A stretch of DNA of 64,000 nucleotides from Vitrella brassicaformis CCMP3155 (lineage: Eukaryota > Protista > Chromerida): NCBI GenBank assembly GCA_001179505.1, contig CDMY01000264.1, forward strand, positions 62,001-126,000. Reading direction: 5' to 3'. Within the stretch, counting starts at the first letter, position 1, and each line of letters begins with the position of its first letter. Below are positions 1 to 11,900 of this stretch, piece after piece. The position numbers were made by a program, and so were the translations under genes. Below the pieces are notes generated by a model. That model was not told the origin of the DNA, did no database searches, and was given only the letters and a program-made list of their open reading frames with translations.

Positions 1-199
1 TGAGGGGACTGGCACTGAGTAGGAACTCCATTCGCTGCATGATGAGCTTCTGAGTCGTCTTCGAGTTATTCCACTATAAGACAGCACACCACACCATCCA
101 TACATAAATGCCCCCCCCTTTCCTTCTTCCTTCCCATCTTCTTTCTTAGCTCCCCATTCTCTTTTTCCCCTCACCTTCCAGTGTGCGAGTCGCATGCTG

Positions 200-900
200 C
201 GTCCCTTGTGAGCCCCCCTCTCATACACCCTGTCAGGCAGATGAGGCAGGCGGCTGAACGTGTACGCCCAGTGCCGCGATGCAGCATGACATCGATCTCA
301 ACCAGTGTCCCCCGATGTTCAAGCACATCCAGAGATATCGCGCAGCCCTCCGTTGCTCCATCCCAACACCAACAAGCATTGCTGCCGGACAAAGTCGTTG
401 AACGCATCCTCGAGCTGGTCGAAAACTGCGGGGCTGACGTATCCTGGGACAAGCCGATCCATTGCACGGCGGGAGTCTCTCGAGGAGCTCGTAATGTCGG
501 ATCTCCTCGAATGAGTGGCCCCTGTGACGCATTTTGACGGTCCTGATGCGACGGGACAAATAGTCCTGATGGAGTCATCGCATAAGGAGGGCATCATGTG
601 ACTCCACCCGTCTCGTCTCGTCTTTTCTCGTCGTGCGCCGTACAAGCTTGAGGGTTTGTTCATTCCAGCAATATCCCTGGCTGATGAATTTCGAGAAACG
701 ACGATGGAAATCCACTCTCAAACCTCGCCGCGATGGAAATTTGGCTAGCATGATGGCGCCCATCAGCCGAGATATGCTCACACTTTTCAGTGATTCTTGA
801 CACACGATTGACGGTTGCTGGTGGAATGGTGAAGGGCAATCACCATGTGCGTCTGTCCATCCATCCATCCACCCATCCATCCACACGCAGCATGAACAGT
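200..900 (-). pseudogene. Degenerate hypothetical coding region, protein-like text split over several frames
   Basis: Protein-like segments in different minus frames: RHRGHSFEEIRHYELLERL, AMDRLVPGYVSPAVFDQLEDAFNDFVRQQCLLVLGW, LEHRGTLVEIDVMLHRG. No single clean spliced ORF found and no family recognised. Confidence 0.25.
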
Positions 901-1809
901 AAGTGGCCTTTCGCCGGCCGACAAACCAATGCACACCGTCACACATGATGGCCCCGTAGGCAGTCTTTTTGCGTAGGTGCGTGACTGACTTGCTATTCAG
1001 ACAGAGGCTGGCTGGCTGCCTGGCGTGTTGTGGTCTTCGTGTGTGTCAGCGTGAGTCACAGACGTTTGCCTGCGCCTGGCTCAGCGTGCGCATGGGCATT
1101 CAACTATGAATGCAGCGATGTGTGTCCACACTCTCATGCAACGATGGATGCACTTCGGCGTTGCGCTTCTGCCGGTAATGGCCACCACGACCATCACGGC
1201 AGCAAGATGCACTCTGTCACATTGACAGTCACACAGGCAGGCAGACAGGCAGGCCGCAGTTGTCCTCCATCGATCTGTCCGAGCCACAAACACCTCCGAT
1301 GGATCTGTCGACCCACCACAGGAGTACCGCTGCTCTGATTGACCAGCGAGGGCGACATCTGAGATGGCAAAAAGACCCGCACCCTCACACACACACACAC
1401 ACACACATACACACACACGGAGGCCTTCACACAGGCACCACAGGCAACGACAGACAGACAGACAGACAGACGGAGAGGCTTTTTTCTCAGTAGGAGCAAG
1501 AAGTCAGCCGGACGGTCACTATAAAACCGACCACAACACCACGAGGAGAGGACGGCTGGGAGGCATGCCGATCGAGAGGAAAAACGACATATCGTTCATC
1601 GCGCTCACGCACACACATCGATGATTGATTGATGAGAGGAAAAACTACAAACTGAGGCATCGCAGCGACCGAAAACTGCAGCATGCACAGCACGCGACAC
1701 GCGACACATGTACGGAGGACGTTACGGAGGTCGACACTTGGTAGAAAACCCAATCTCTCTCATCTGTCGGCAATCTGCTGCCGCAGGTGTGGGTTTGGTT
1801 TGTGTCGGA

Positions 1810-3005
1810 TCATGATCGCTTGATGGGCTTGACCATGAGGCCTCTGGGCTTGTAGCTGCACACACAGACACGACAGGCACGAGGAAGGACACACACAACA
1901 CAACACAACACGCAGGAATGCAGGGATGTGCCCATTGTGTGAGTGAGTCGCTCACGTGATTGAGTAGAAAAACTCCGGCTCGGTCGTGATCTCGAACTCG
2001 TAGCGCTTGAACAGCGCCGCGATTGTCATGCGGACCTGCAAAGCCACAGAGAGGGAGACCACACACCACATCGCTTCCATTTCGTTCTGTGTGTACAGCG
2101 ATTGCCCCCCCTGCTGTGCTGGTTACCTCGATCAGCGCCAGGTGTTGCGCAATGCTGCATCGCACAAACAAGCCGACGAGAGATGGAAGGGGTGGTGTGT
2201 GAGGTCGTCGCCCGATCTCACCAAGATCTTGGGGCGATGCTGAAGGGCTGGAAGAGTTTGTTGTAGACCTTCAGCTGCTCCTCGGAGGCCTCAAGCCATC
2301 GCTCGGGACGAAACACCTTGCCATCGCCCCAACTAAGGCCAACACACACACACTCCAGGAAGGGGTTGCAGTGGACAAAGCACTTGTTTCCTTGATGCGT
2401 TTGTCTGCTCGGTCGCTGGCATGGCATACATTCGGTCGTCTCTCAGGCGAGCGAACAAGGGCACGAACATCTGGTAGCCGCCCGGGATCCAGTAGTCCAC
2501 GCCGCGAGAGGTGACTTTGAAGCCGCTCTCTGTCTGGCGTCGGGTGCCGTTGCTCACGACGGGAGAGCTGCACACACACACAAGCACAAGGATGGATCTC
2601 GATGTGTCTTGTGGTTGGTTGGTCACTGACATGCGCATGATTTCTTTGACACAGGCGTTGAAGTAGGGCAGCTGGGCCAGCTCGTCGTAGGACGGAAGCT
2701 CCTCCGCAAACTTGGCCGCATCCAGCTCCTGCACTCGACACACAACGAAGAAGCGCATCGAGGCCTGCATCTCATCTTGCTTGCGGGGGTCGCTCTGTCT
2801 GCCTGCCACGTGTGTGTGTGTGTGCTGACCTACCTGTTGGAGCTTCTTGAGCACAGGGGGATTGCTGGACAAGTGATAGACAGCCCATGAGATGGTGTAG
2901 CCAGTCGTGTCATGCCTAGACACATGGATCGATGGATGGATGGGTAGACACAACACAACACACACACGACGGCACCATGCTGGATGCATTCATTCGAGTG
3001 CGTTG

Positions 3006-3039
<34 letters not shown>

Positions 3040-4580
3040 GTGCCCACCCACCCACCCGGCCCAGAGGAGGGTGTAGATATCGCAGAGCTTCTCGAACTCA
3101 CATTGGTAGCCAGGATTGTTGTGGATGTACGAGATGATCGACGCGGCCTGGCAGGCCACACACCACACCGCCAAAGACACTCCGCTGCGTGCGACTCACT
3201 GGCAGCGCTAAGCAGCGCTCAACCTCACTCACTACTCACGTACGTCTTGTTTCTCCGGCGGGGTGTCGAGATACTGGCGGTATATCTTGCGGCACACGTC
3301 ACGGAAGAGCCGAATGGACTGGTAGTACTCACGGACCTGGTCCTTCCAGACCATGTAAGGTCTACACACACACACACACACTGACGGATAGGATGCCAAC
3401 ACACACACACAGTGGGTGGGCGGGGTGCGGTTGGCGCACCGAAATGGGTTGAGTAGTAACGGGTCTCACGGAATATCACATCAAGGCCACGCAGGAGGGC
3501 CTTGGCCTCGCCGTTGCGCTCGTCGTCAAACGCGTGGAACTTGTAACTGACACACACAGAGACCATCGACAGACACATGAGCCGAGCCAATCTGTGTGTG
3601 TTGGCTGATCGATCCTGCGCGCGTGTGTGTGTGGTGTGTGGGTATGTATGTACTTGTATGCGACCTCCCCGATCATGTCGATGGTGTAGCGCAGCCCCCA
3701 CTCGGGCATGTTGACGATCGTCCCTTTGTCGGCCGCGTCTTCGAGGGCTTTGACGAAGCTCCCCAGCACACGGTGGTAGATGTGCGTCTTGGCCACCAGT
3801 GTCTTGTTCCTGAACGAGCCAACCAACCAAACAGGCAGGCAGGCACATGCGATGAATGCAGCCAGCCAGCCCATGATGCATGCGTTCCCATCTGTCTGTC
3901 TGTGTGTCAGACAGTCAGTGTGGACACATGCATGCCATGCGTACGAGAAGGCAGGGGCGAGGGCCTTCCGGATGGCGTGCCAGCCTTCTCCGCTCGTCTT
4001 GCGCGAGAGGAGGCTCCGCGTCCGCGTCATCTGGCCTTCCCCGAACAGGTCGAGCAGCCGGTGCACGTGGGACTTCTCGAGGCCATCGGGTCCTAACAGT
4101 GTGTCCCAGCAGGACGTGTCGGTGCAGAAGTACATGCGCTTGTTGAGGGGCAGCTGCACGTAGAAGACATCGCTGTCGAGCTCGTCACGCCACTTCTCCT
4201 GCCTGACACTCACACACACACACGCCATGCATACGGTCAGTTGGCTGTGTGCACAAGTGTGATGCTGTTGGGATGCATCCATGCTGTCTTAGTACTTACA
4301 GGTGCGGGTCTTTCCCCGAGCGCAGCGCGTCAAATGCCTCCATGGGCGTGAGCTTCACTCGGGGCACCTCGCACAGCTTGGCCTTCTCCTCTGGGGTGAC
4401 ATGGCGCAGGACGTCCGGTCGGCCACCTGGCTTGCCATCGACGCTCGATGATGACGCATTGGCGGCCTTGTTGCGCAGGCGGAGTACCTCCTCGAGGCCG
4501 ATAAGGCAGACAACGCCGGCGGTGGCGCCAGCCAGGAGGAGCAGGGACGATGGCTGCTCGAGATCTGCTGTCACCGGCAT
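1810..4580 (-). CDS. Cytochrome P450, multi-exon, N-terminal membrane anchor
   Basis: Spliced exons give the anchor LLLLAGATAGVVCLIGL, I-helix LLWAG|HDTTGYTISW, ExxR motif KEIMR, PERF motif FRPERW and heme motif QPFSIAPRS-C-IAQHLALIE (Cys codon split TG|C by an intron). Ends YKPRGLMVKPIKRS*, stop at 1810-1812. ATG at 4580; an upstream in-frame start at 4703 is possible. Confidence 0.93.
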
Positions 4581-4911
4581 GATGGTGGGTGGGTTCCAGA
4601 TCCGCTGGCTGATCTGAGAGAGAGGGGAAAGCATCAGATCTTTACATCTCAGCTCGCGATCTTTCTGCAGTGGGGCCAAGTGTGACGTGAGCGCATTCTC
4701 CATTGACTTGGACAGGTCGTCAACACACAGTCAGTTCAGTCATGTGGATGGTGTCTGTCAGTGTGTCTGTGAGATGCCCGACGGCCACCGCACACAGAGA
4801 GCGATCGTCACCCTCGCGTACTCGGCAGTCAGCACACCACCACACGCCGGACAAATAAGGGCGTATTCATCCATTGATGCGATAGTCACACACACACGCA
4901 CACACCCAGAC

Positions 4912-7900
4912 TCATCCCACTTTCCGCTGCTTGGATGGCGGCTCCTGACTCTGTGGACATACAGACAGACAGACAGACAGAGGTGTGTGTGTGTGTGCTG
5001 TCCGTCATCCATATGCATCCATCCATCCCCCCCCCGAGTGTATGCGGTAGGTATGTACCTGCATATACCCACATCTACACATCTTGAGTCCACCTGTCGG
5101 TCGACGGACACACACCGACACAGAGAGAGGGAGGGCATGAGATGCGAAGGGCATCGATGCATCCATGAGATGCGAGCAGCCTTGCTTACACCGAGGGCAC
5201 TGGGGCATTTCGTGCAGCATCTGATCGCCGACAGACTCCTGCACACACACAACAGCCACACACACACACAACCAACCACAGGCATCCATGCCATGTACAT
5301 ACATGTGTCTGCGTGTGTGCACTGCACAGTCAGTGCTTATTTATTGAGTCCCTCCTCACCTCCATGGAGTAGTCGAGCACAGCTTTGGGCTGCGTCCTGG
5401 TGTAGGCGCGGCCGATGAACTCAGGGTTCTCCTCGACCTTCTCAGCGTACGCCCTCAGCACCTCAACAGGGTCCTCGTCCTTGATGGTGCTCTTGTTGAT
5501 GCGCTGGGCGATGTACTGAGACAGCTTGTTCTCCTCGGCACCTGCCATGGTCGACGGCCTGACCACACACACACGGACGCGTCCAGTCATGTGGGTGGGG
5601 TGGGGTGGGGTGGGGTGGGGTGTGGGTGTCAGGCCGTTATTGTCTCACTTCTGCGGCATTTTGGTCTTCTGCTCGCGCTCGGCGTCTCTCGGTTTGACCC
5701 TGTAGATAGATGCACATATACACGTGAATGCATCGCATCCACGGCGTGTGTCAAGTCGGGTGTTCTGTGCTGTGTTGGTTTACTTGCGAAGGTGCCCGCT
5801 GCGGGTCTCTTTGAAGATCTTGGGCAGGTTATCGGCCTGTAGACAGACAGAGGCACGCACGAGGCACACAGACACAATAGACATACACACACTCATTGTA
5901 TGCATCCATGTGTGTGTGCGCACCTGGAAGACGGGCTCGTTGAAGCCGACCATGTCGTCACGTCTTCACACACCACACACAGAGCACCGTATAGACACAT
6001 CCATCCGTTTGCTATGTGCGAGTGTGTACCGTTTTGCCGGCGCCTTGGCAATGAAGAGCAGTGCGCCCTTCTGGCTGATGCTCGTGTCGTAGTTGAGGCG
6101 CACCGTGCCGTCAGTGTGGCCGCTCACCAGCTGGTTAATCTCGTCGTTCCAGACGGTGGTCGTGACGCCCACGTTGGCGAAGGTCAAGGACTGCACGCAC
6201 TCGTATGTGCTGGACGAGTAGAACTGACACGCACATACACGAACACACAAACACACGAACACATGTGGGAGTGGAGTGCGTGCGGGGGAGTTTTGGCTCT
6301 GTGCTGACCGACCTTGATGAATCCGTCCTTGTTGCGCTTGTCGACGGATGTGCCCGTGAAGATCAGACTCTCGTCCGGCGACAGACCGACGTTCACCTAA
6401 ACACACACATAAATGCACACATTCGCTTTGGAAGTGCGTGTCTGTTTTATTTCTGTGTGTGTGCATACCTTTGCTGCAGCGTTGACGTTGAGGAGGTTGC
6501 CCCACGTGTGCACAGGCGACTTGAGCTGACGCATGTCCCACACTGACATACACAGGCAGACAGACAGCACACAAATATTCACGTATGGGGGCACTCCTGT
6601 GTGTGCGTGTGGATGTGTTGGTGTGCGTCTCTGGAGGCGCGACGTACGCTTCATTGTGTCGTCCTGTGCGCGTGAGATGAGCCTGGTGTTGTCCTTTGTG
6701 AACTTGACACACGTCACCTCAGAAGCATGGGCGTCACGCACCACCTACAGCCGCCACACACATCCACACACACAGTGACCCACACACAACACAACACAAC
6801 ACCCGCAGGTGTGTGTTGCTTTGCCTACGTGGTCGGGCTTGCCGTATTTCTTCTTCTCGTTCCACACTTGGATGGAGCCGTCCACACAACCTAATGGACG
6901 GCACAAAGACAGACGGCGGGCTGATGGCTGTGCGTGTCAGTGAGTGTGGGGATGCTCATAGTATAGGTCACCTCCGACAATGGCTTTGGCCTCCGTGTTG
7001 GTGTAGGTGCAGCAGATGACGAAGCAGTTGCTGCGGGAAAGACACACACAGGGTGGGGTACATGTGAATAGGCATGTCCATCTACTCTGCGTGTGGTTGG
7101 TTGGTTGCCTGATGTTCATGTTTCGTTTGTCGATGGCCTTGAGGCAGTGCACCATCGGCAGTGCCTGGTCGATCCCGTACGCACGCGCATTCACATCCCA
7201 TATCCTATGCCAGACACACGGAGAGAGAGGGAGAGAGAGAGAGATGAGTGGATGCCTCCACGAGTGTGTGTGTGTGTGTGTGCGTACCTGACGGTAGCGT
7301 CGTGTCCTGCGGTGATGAAAGTGTTCTTGTCGTTCGGGTGCCAATGGCAGTCGGTGATCATGTGCGTGTGGCCCCTGAAGACAGAGAGACACATATGGAT
7401 GCACACAGGTGTCTGTGAGTGTCGACTATGGACACACCTGGTGTTGGCAGTGTCTCTGATGTACATGTCGCCCTTGACCGTTTTCTGCAACCACACACAC
7501 ACATATGCACACACCACAAACGTGTGTGTGGATATGCCTACACCCATGCATGCGCACGTACCTGCACTGGCTTCGCGTCAAGGTCGTAAATGCGACAAAT
7601 GGCGTCACCTGATCAGACACACACACACAGAGACATTCAGACGCGTTGGTGGGCACACAGCAGACATACCGGCGGCACAGATGAAGTGCGACCCAGTGAT
7701 CGAATACTCGATTGCCTGCACCACATCAACCAACGGTAAGCCACAAACCAAGAGATACGTGCACTTCCTCTCTATTCACGCCTCTCTCTCTCTGCGTGTG
7801 AGTGTCTGTCTTGCGCACCATGATGGTGTGTCCCTCGACGGGTTCGAACTGTCTGAATGAGCGCATGGCTGTCGTCATGCCGTTGAAGTCAAACAACCGC

Positions 7901-8491
7901 ACTTGGTAGTCGAGCCCGCCGGTGATCATGCGGGAGCCTTTCGGATTCAGAGAAAGCGCGGACACCGTCTTGTTGTGTGCGGGCACCTCCACCTCATACG
8001 CACAGGGGATCCTCCCTCTCCCACCCCCACTCCCTCCACCACCACCCGGAGATGCACTCTCCCGCCCCATCATGGCACGGATCCTCGCCAGCTCCGCCTC
8101 AGATATGTCGTCGTCTTCAGCAGCATCACCGCCACCAGCAGCAACAGGATCTTCCTGATCTCCGTCATCGTCCGGCGGTGGTAGAGGTGTGGCGACGGCC
8201 GGCTGTTGCTGGTGCTCTGGTCGTCTGGCGACACCGAGCAGCGGCTTGGCTGACTTGGCTTTGGCCGATGAGCGGCCAAATGACACGGGGAACATCTGTC
8301 TGAAGACGTCATCGTCCTCTCCTTCTCCCTCTTGATCTAGCTCATCCATGTCGGCGTCATCTTCGTCTCGTTGCTGCTGCTGCTGCTCTTCTCGCCAGCT
8401 GGACTGATGCTGCCTGCTCGTGTCACCGAATGACAGCAGGCCTTTCCTCCTCTCCGATTGTGGCTGTTGCCGAGGGTGGTGAGCGGCCTGT

Positions 8492-8526
<35 letters not shown>

Positions 8527-8774
8527 GCGTCTGTTTCTGTAGGCCTGGTATTGGCGCAGCTCACTGTGTGCGTCGTGTGTGTCGGCGTGCTGGACGTCCT
8601 CGGCTGCGCGCGATGTCTGGTAGCGAGAGGAGCCTCGCAGACGCTTCTGTGGGGACACGCGCAACGCACATAGACAGACAGAGATAGATCAGATGACACG
8701 CATGTCTTGCGAATGTGATCGTCTCTGACCAGTTCGTCCTCATCGCTGTCGATGCGCTCGTCGTCATCCGCCAT
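4912..8774 (-). CDS. WDR70: WD40-repeat protein WDR70 (Gad1-like)
   Basis: Acidic, low-complexity N-terminus, then WD repeats (AHNKTVSALSLNPKGSRMITGGLDYQVRLFDF, GHTHMITDCHWHP, AHASEVTCVKF). The C-terminal SQYIAQRINKSTIKDEDPVEVLRAYAEK...RAYTRTQPK resembles the WDR70 tail. Last exons CPRCGLKMCRCGYMQ|SQEPPSKQRKVG*. Confidence 0.85.
8488..8526 (-). repeat. CAG/CAA trinucleotide run encoding poly-Q13 in WDR70
   Basis: ctg/ttg triplet run on the + strand; the ORF track shows 13 consecutive Q. Confidence 0.9.
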
Positions 8775-8903
8775 GTTTGAACGACCTGTCTAAAATATTC
8801 TCTGCTACCTTCGCAATTCTTCTAGGGTTTAGGGTCCAGGGTTGGGGGGCCTTTGGGGGCTTTGCAAGCTCCAGAAAACAAACCGTCCCTCGCTTGCCTG
8901 AAA
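8775..8903. promoter_or_regulatory. 129-bp divergent intergenic region, WDR70 / receptor A
   Basis: Lies between the WDR70 ATG (8774, -) and the receptor A ATG (8904, +). Contains TAGGGTTTAGGG, four or more G-tracts and an AGCTTGCA variant motif on the - strand. Confidence 0.65.
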
Positions 8904-11900
8904 ATGAGGGTGTTCGGCAGCAGGGGTCTGAGGTCCTCCCTTCTGCCGTTGGCCGCCGCATCGCTGCAGTGGCTGTGGATACTTACAAGTGAGCTGGATT
9001 AGAAAAACATTTGATGTGCGAGGGCCGTGTGTGTTCACGTGTGTGCTGTGTCTGTTTGCACTGAGTGGATGTTTGGCTGCAGGCCATGCCACAGAGTGGA
9101 GCGATGAATTCGGTGAGCACTCAGCGGGGAAGACACATTCCTTATACATGGGCACGTGTGTGTGTATGTGTGTGTGGGTCTAGCCAATCCTGCATCGGCT
9201 GAGTGTCAGTGCAATGGGACGATAACCGGCTGCCCAACCGAAGGCAGATACTTCCTGTAAGCAGGCAGACACACAAGTGAACAGAAACACACAGAGAGAT
9301 GGACTCACATGCACACCCTGCAGGTACAATGACAGCTTTTCTCTGCATGGCTACACGCTGAATGCCTCCATCCCTGAGACAGACTTAGATGCGGTAAGGA
9401 CACACTGCGTCCGCGCGTGTGTACGAGCGTCAGCCTTGTTTCTGTCTCTCTGTGCACTGTGCAGAGGCGGCATGAGTGCGCTGTGCTGTGTCTGGTACAG
9501 ACACACACATACAGACAGACATGCACGTGCATCCATCCTGCTGTCCCGCACCACAGGCACACCCCGCATGTACAGGCTTCGAATACCGGGTAAGTAAGTA
9601 CGGCAGACGACGAGCCGCTGTGCCCAAGCTATGTAATGGGTGTGTGCAGGTAGACAGCGAGCGTCGGTGTGAGGTGCATATGAGTTTCGCCAAGCTGCCG
9701 CCGCCCGAAGAGCGCAACTCGACCACGACCAAATGTGTCCGCAGAAAGGGAGGCGGTACGAAATGCAACGTCTGCACAGACAGGAGGGAGGGAAGAAAGC
9801 ACGCATATAGATAGACACACGTGCATATAGATGGATGGATAACTGGATGGATGCAATGATTGATGGAACGCAGCGAATAAGATCGATCCAGCGGCGTGTC
9901 GCCTTGACAACGTGACGGAGCCGATCTTCTCTCTCGCCGACGTGAGCTCCTGGGACGACCCTCCATATAGCTCCGACCCCATCAACCCGCCCACGTTCGT
10001 CAGGCGGGCCCTCTGCTCAGAAGAGTGCATCAAAGACCGGTAACGAAGCAAGCAAGCAAGGAGGCAGACAGGCAGACAACGAAACAACCATATAAAATTG
10101 TGTGTGTGTGTAGGCGTTGCACGGGCATCGATTTCACCGCAGGCGGCACTGCGCCAGAGTGAAACGCCTATGATCCCTTTGACCTTTGACCTTCTCTATG
10201 CGCCGTGTGCTGTGTATGTCAGGTGCCGCCTACTCTATTCTCTGGTCAACTCGGGCGACCCCTCCTTCACTGACCGGGTGTGCTTCTACAAGAGTGGTCT
10301 GCCAGTGCCCGCACTCGAGCCCCCTGTGTTTTACCATTATGACGTGGCGATCATCACTCTCACCGTTTCATTTGGCGAGACCGTGTCGGCCGGCTTTGCA
10401 CCGGCCAATGAGTCCTTCGCCACCAATGGGACTCTCACTGACATAAGGTATGCATTCATTATCACACACACACATAAGATGATCTGATCATGTGGGCGCA
10501 TTTTGTGTGTGTGTGTAGGTCGGTTGCCGGAAATGACACGATTTACGAGGCCGTTATAGTGCCCGACGCGCCGCCCGTCGGCAGCAGCGACAACATCACC
10601 TTCATGCAGCTGACCGTGATGCATGGAATCGTCATGGATGACTTCGAGAACCCCAACCCCAACACCAACCTCTCATTCGCACGCGGTTAGCGAACCACGT
10701 GTGCGCAGCAACGGATCTGTGTGAGTGCGTCTCCTTCCCTCTCTTGGTCTGCGTGCTGCGTGTTGCGGCATACAGGTCCTCTCTTCAACGCGTTTCTCTC
10801 CTCGCCGCAGTCGGCGTGGCAGTCGGCGCCGGTGGAGCTGACTGTGACATTTGACAGAGACATCGGTGTGTTTGACCCGGCCGGGTTCTCCTTCTGGGCT
10901 CACTCCTTCGATCTCTCGGCCAGCGGCAGTGTGAGCGTGTCGAATGTGCGGCTGCAGCCAAACAGCGCGACAGTGGACATCCTGCCCTCGATTGAAGGGA
11001 AGGTCAAGATATGGTTCCTCTCCGGCTTTGCGTTCGACGCATACATCCCCGGCCGCAGCAGCTACGTCTCGCCAATGCTCGAGCTCGACTTCGGTCAAAA
11101 CACACTTTTGTCCTATGCATCCGTCCCATCTCTCTCCGTGTCTGTGTGTGGTCAGTGTACCCCTTCAACGTCACTCTGTCGAGTGCCAAGTCGCTGTGGG
11201 AATCGCTGCCCATCGAGCTGGCCATCGCCTTCGACAAACCCGTCAGTGACGCCGACTTCTCTCTGGCTGACCTGGTGCTCTCCCTCGACCCTTATGACCC
11301 CGGCTTCGGCGGCTCGGTGAACGTCATCGCATCCAACCTCCGCAGAACGCCCGCATCGGGTCCGTTCACCCATGCGTTGGTGGACCTGGAGCCGACAGTT
11401 GATGGCAACGTCACTGTGGTGCTGCCATTTGACACTGTCTCGGATGCTGACCGGCCCATCAGAGGCAACAACCCCGCACAACTCGTCCTCGAATACAGTC
11501 AGAAGGAGGAAAAGAGAGAGAGAAGGGGGAAAGGCTGTCACAGAAATTTGTGTTGGTGTGTGTGTGTTGCAGGGACGCCTGTGCCGACGGCAGTGCTGTA
11601 CATTGAAGGCGCCAGCAGCAACACCACGGCGGCCTACCCCATCTCAGTCAACGTCACTTTCAGCAAAAAGGTCACCATCGACGACATCGCCAAGCTGGAG
11701 CTCGTCAACAGCCAGCTGGTCGGCAGCGGGCCAGGTGCCATCACACGCGTGAGCGACAACTCGTTTTATTTCGCCGTCGAGCCGACGGGCGAGACAGTGA
11801 CCATTACAGCTGGCCAGGGGCTGGCTGTCGACGACGTCAGTCAGCCCAACAACCGCTCTCTGCCTCTTGTCGTCACATTCGGTGAGAGGAGGGAGAGAGA

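Noticed and set aside
4687-7860. Long + strand ORFs (4687-5418, 7093-7860) and many THTHT/CVCVC ORFs throughout
   Set aside because: They are antisense shadows of WDR70 exons or translations of intronic microsatellites, with no protein-like composition.
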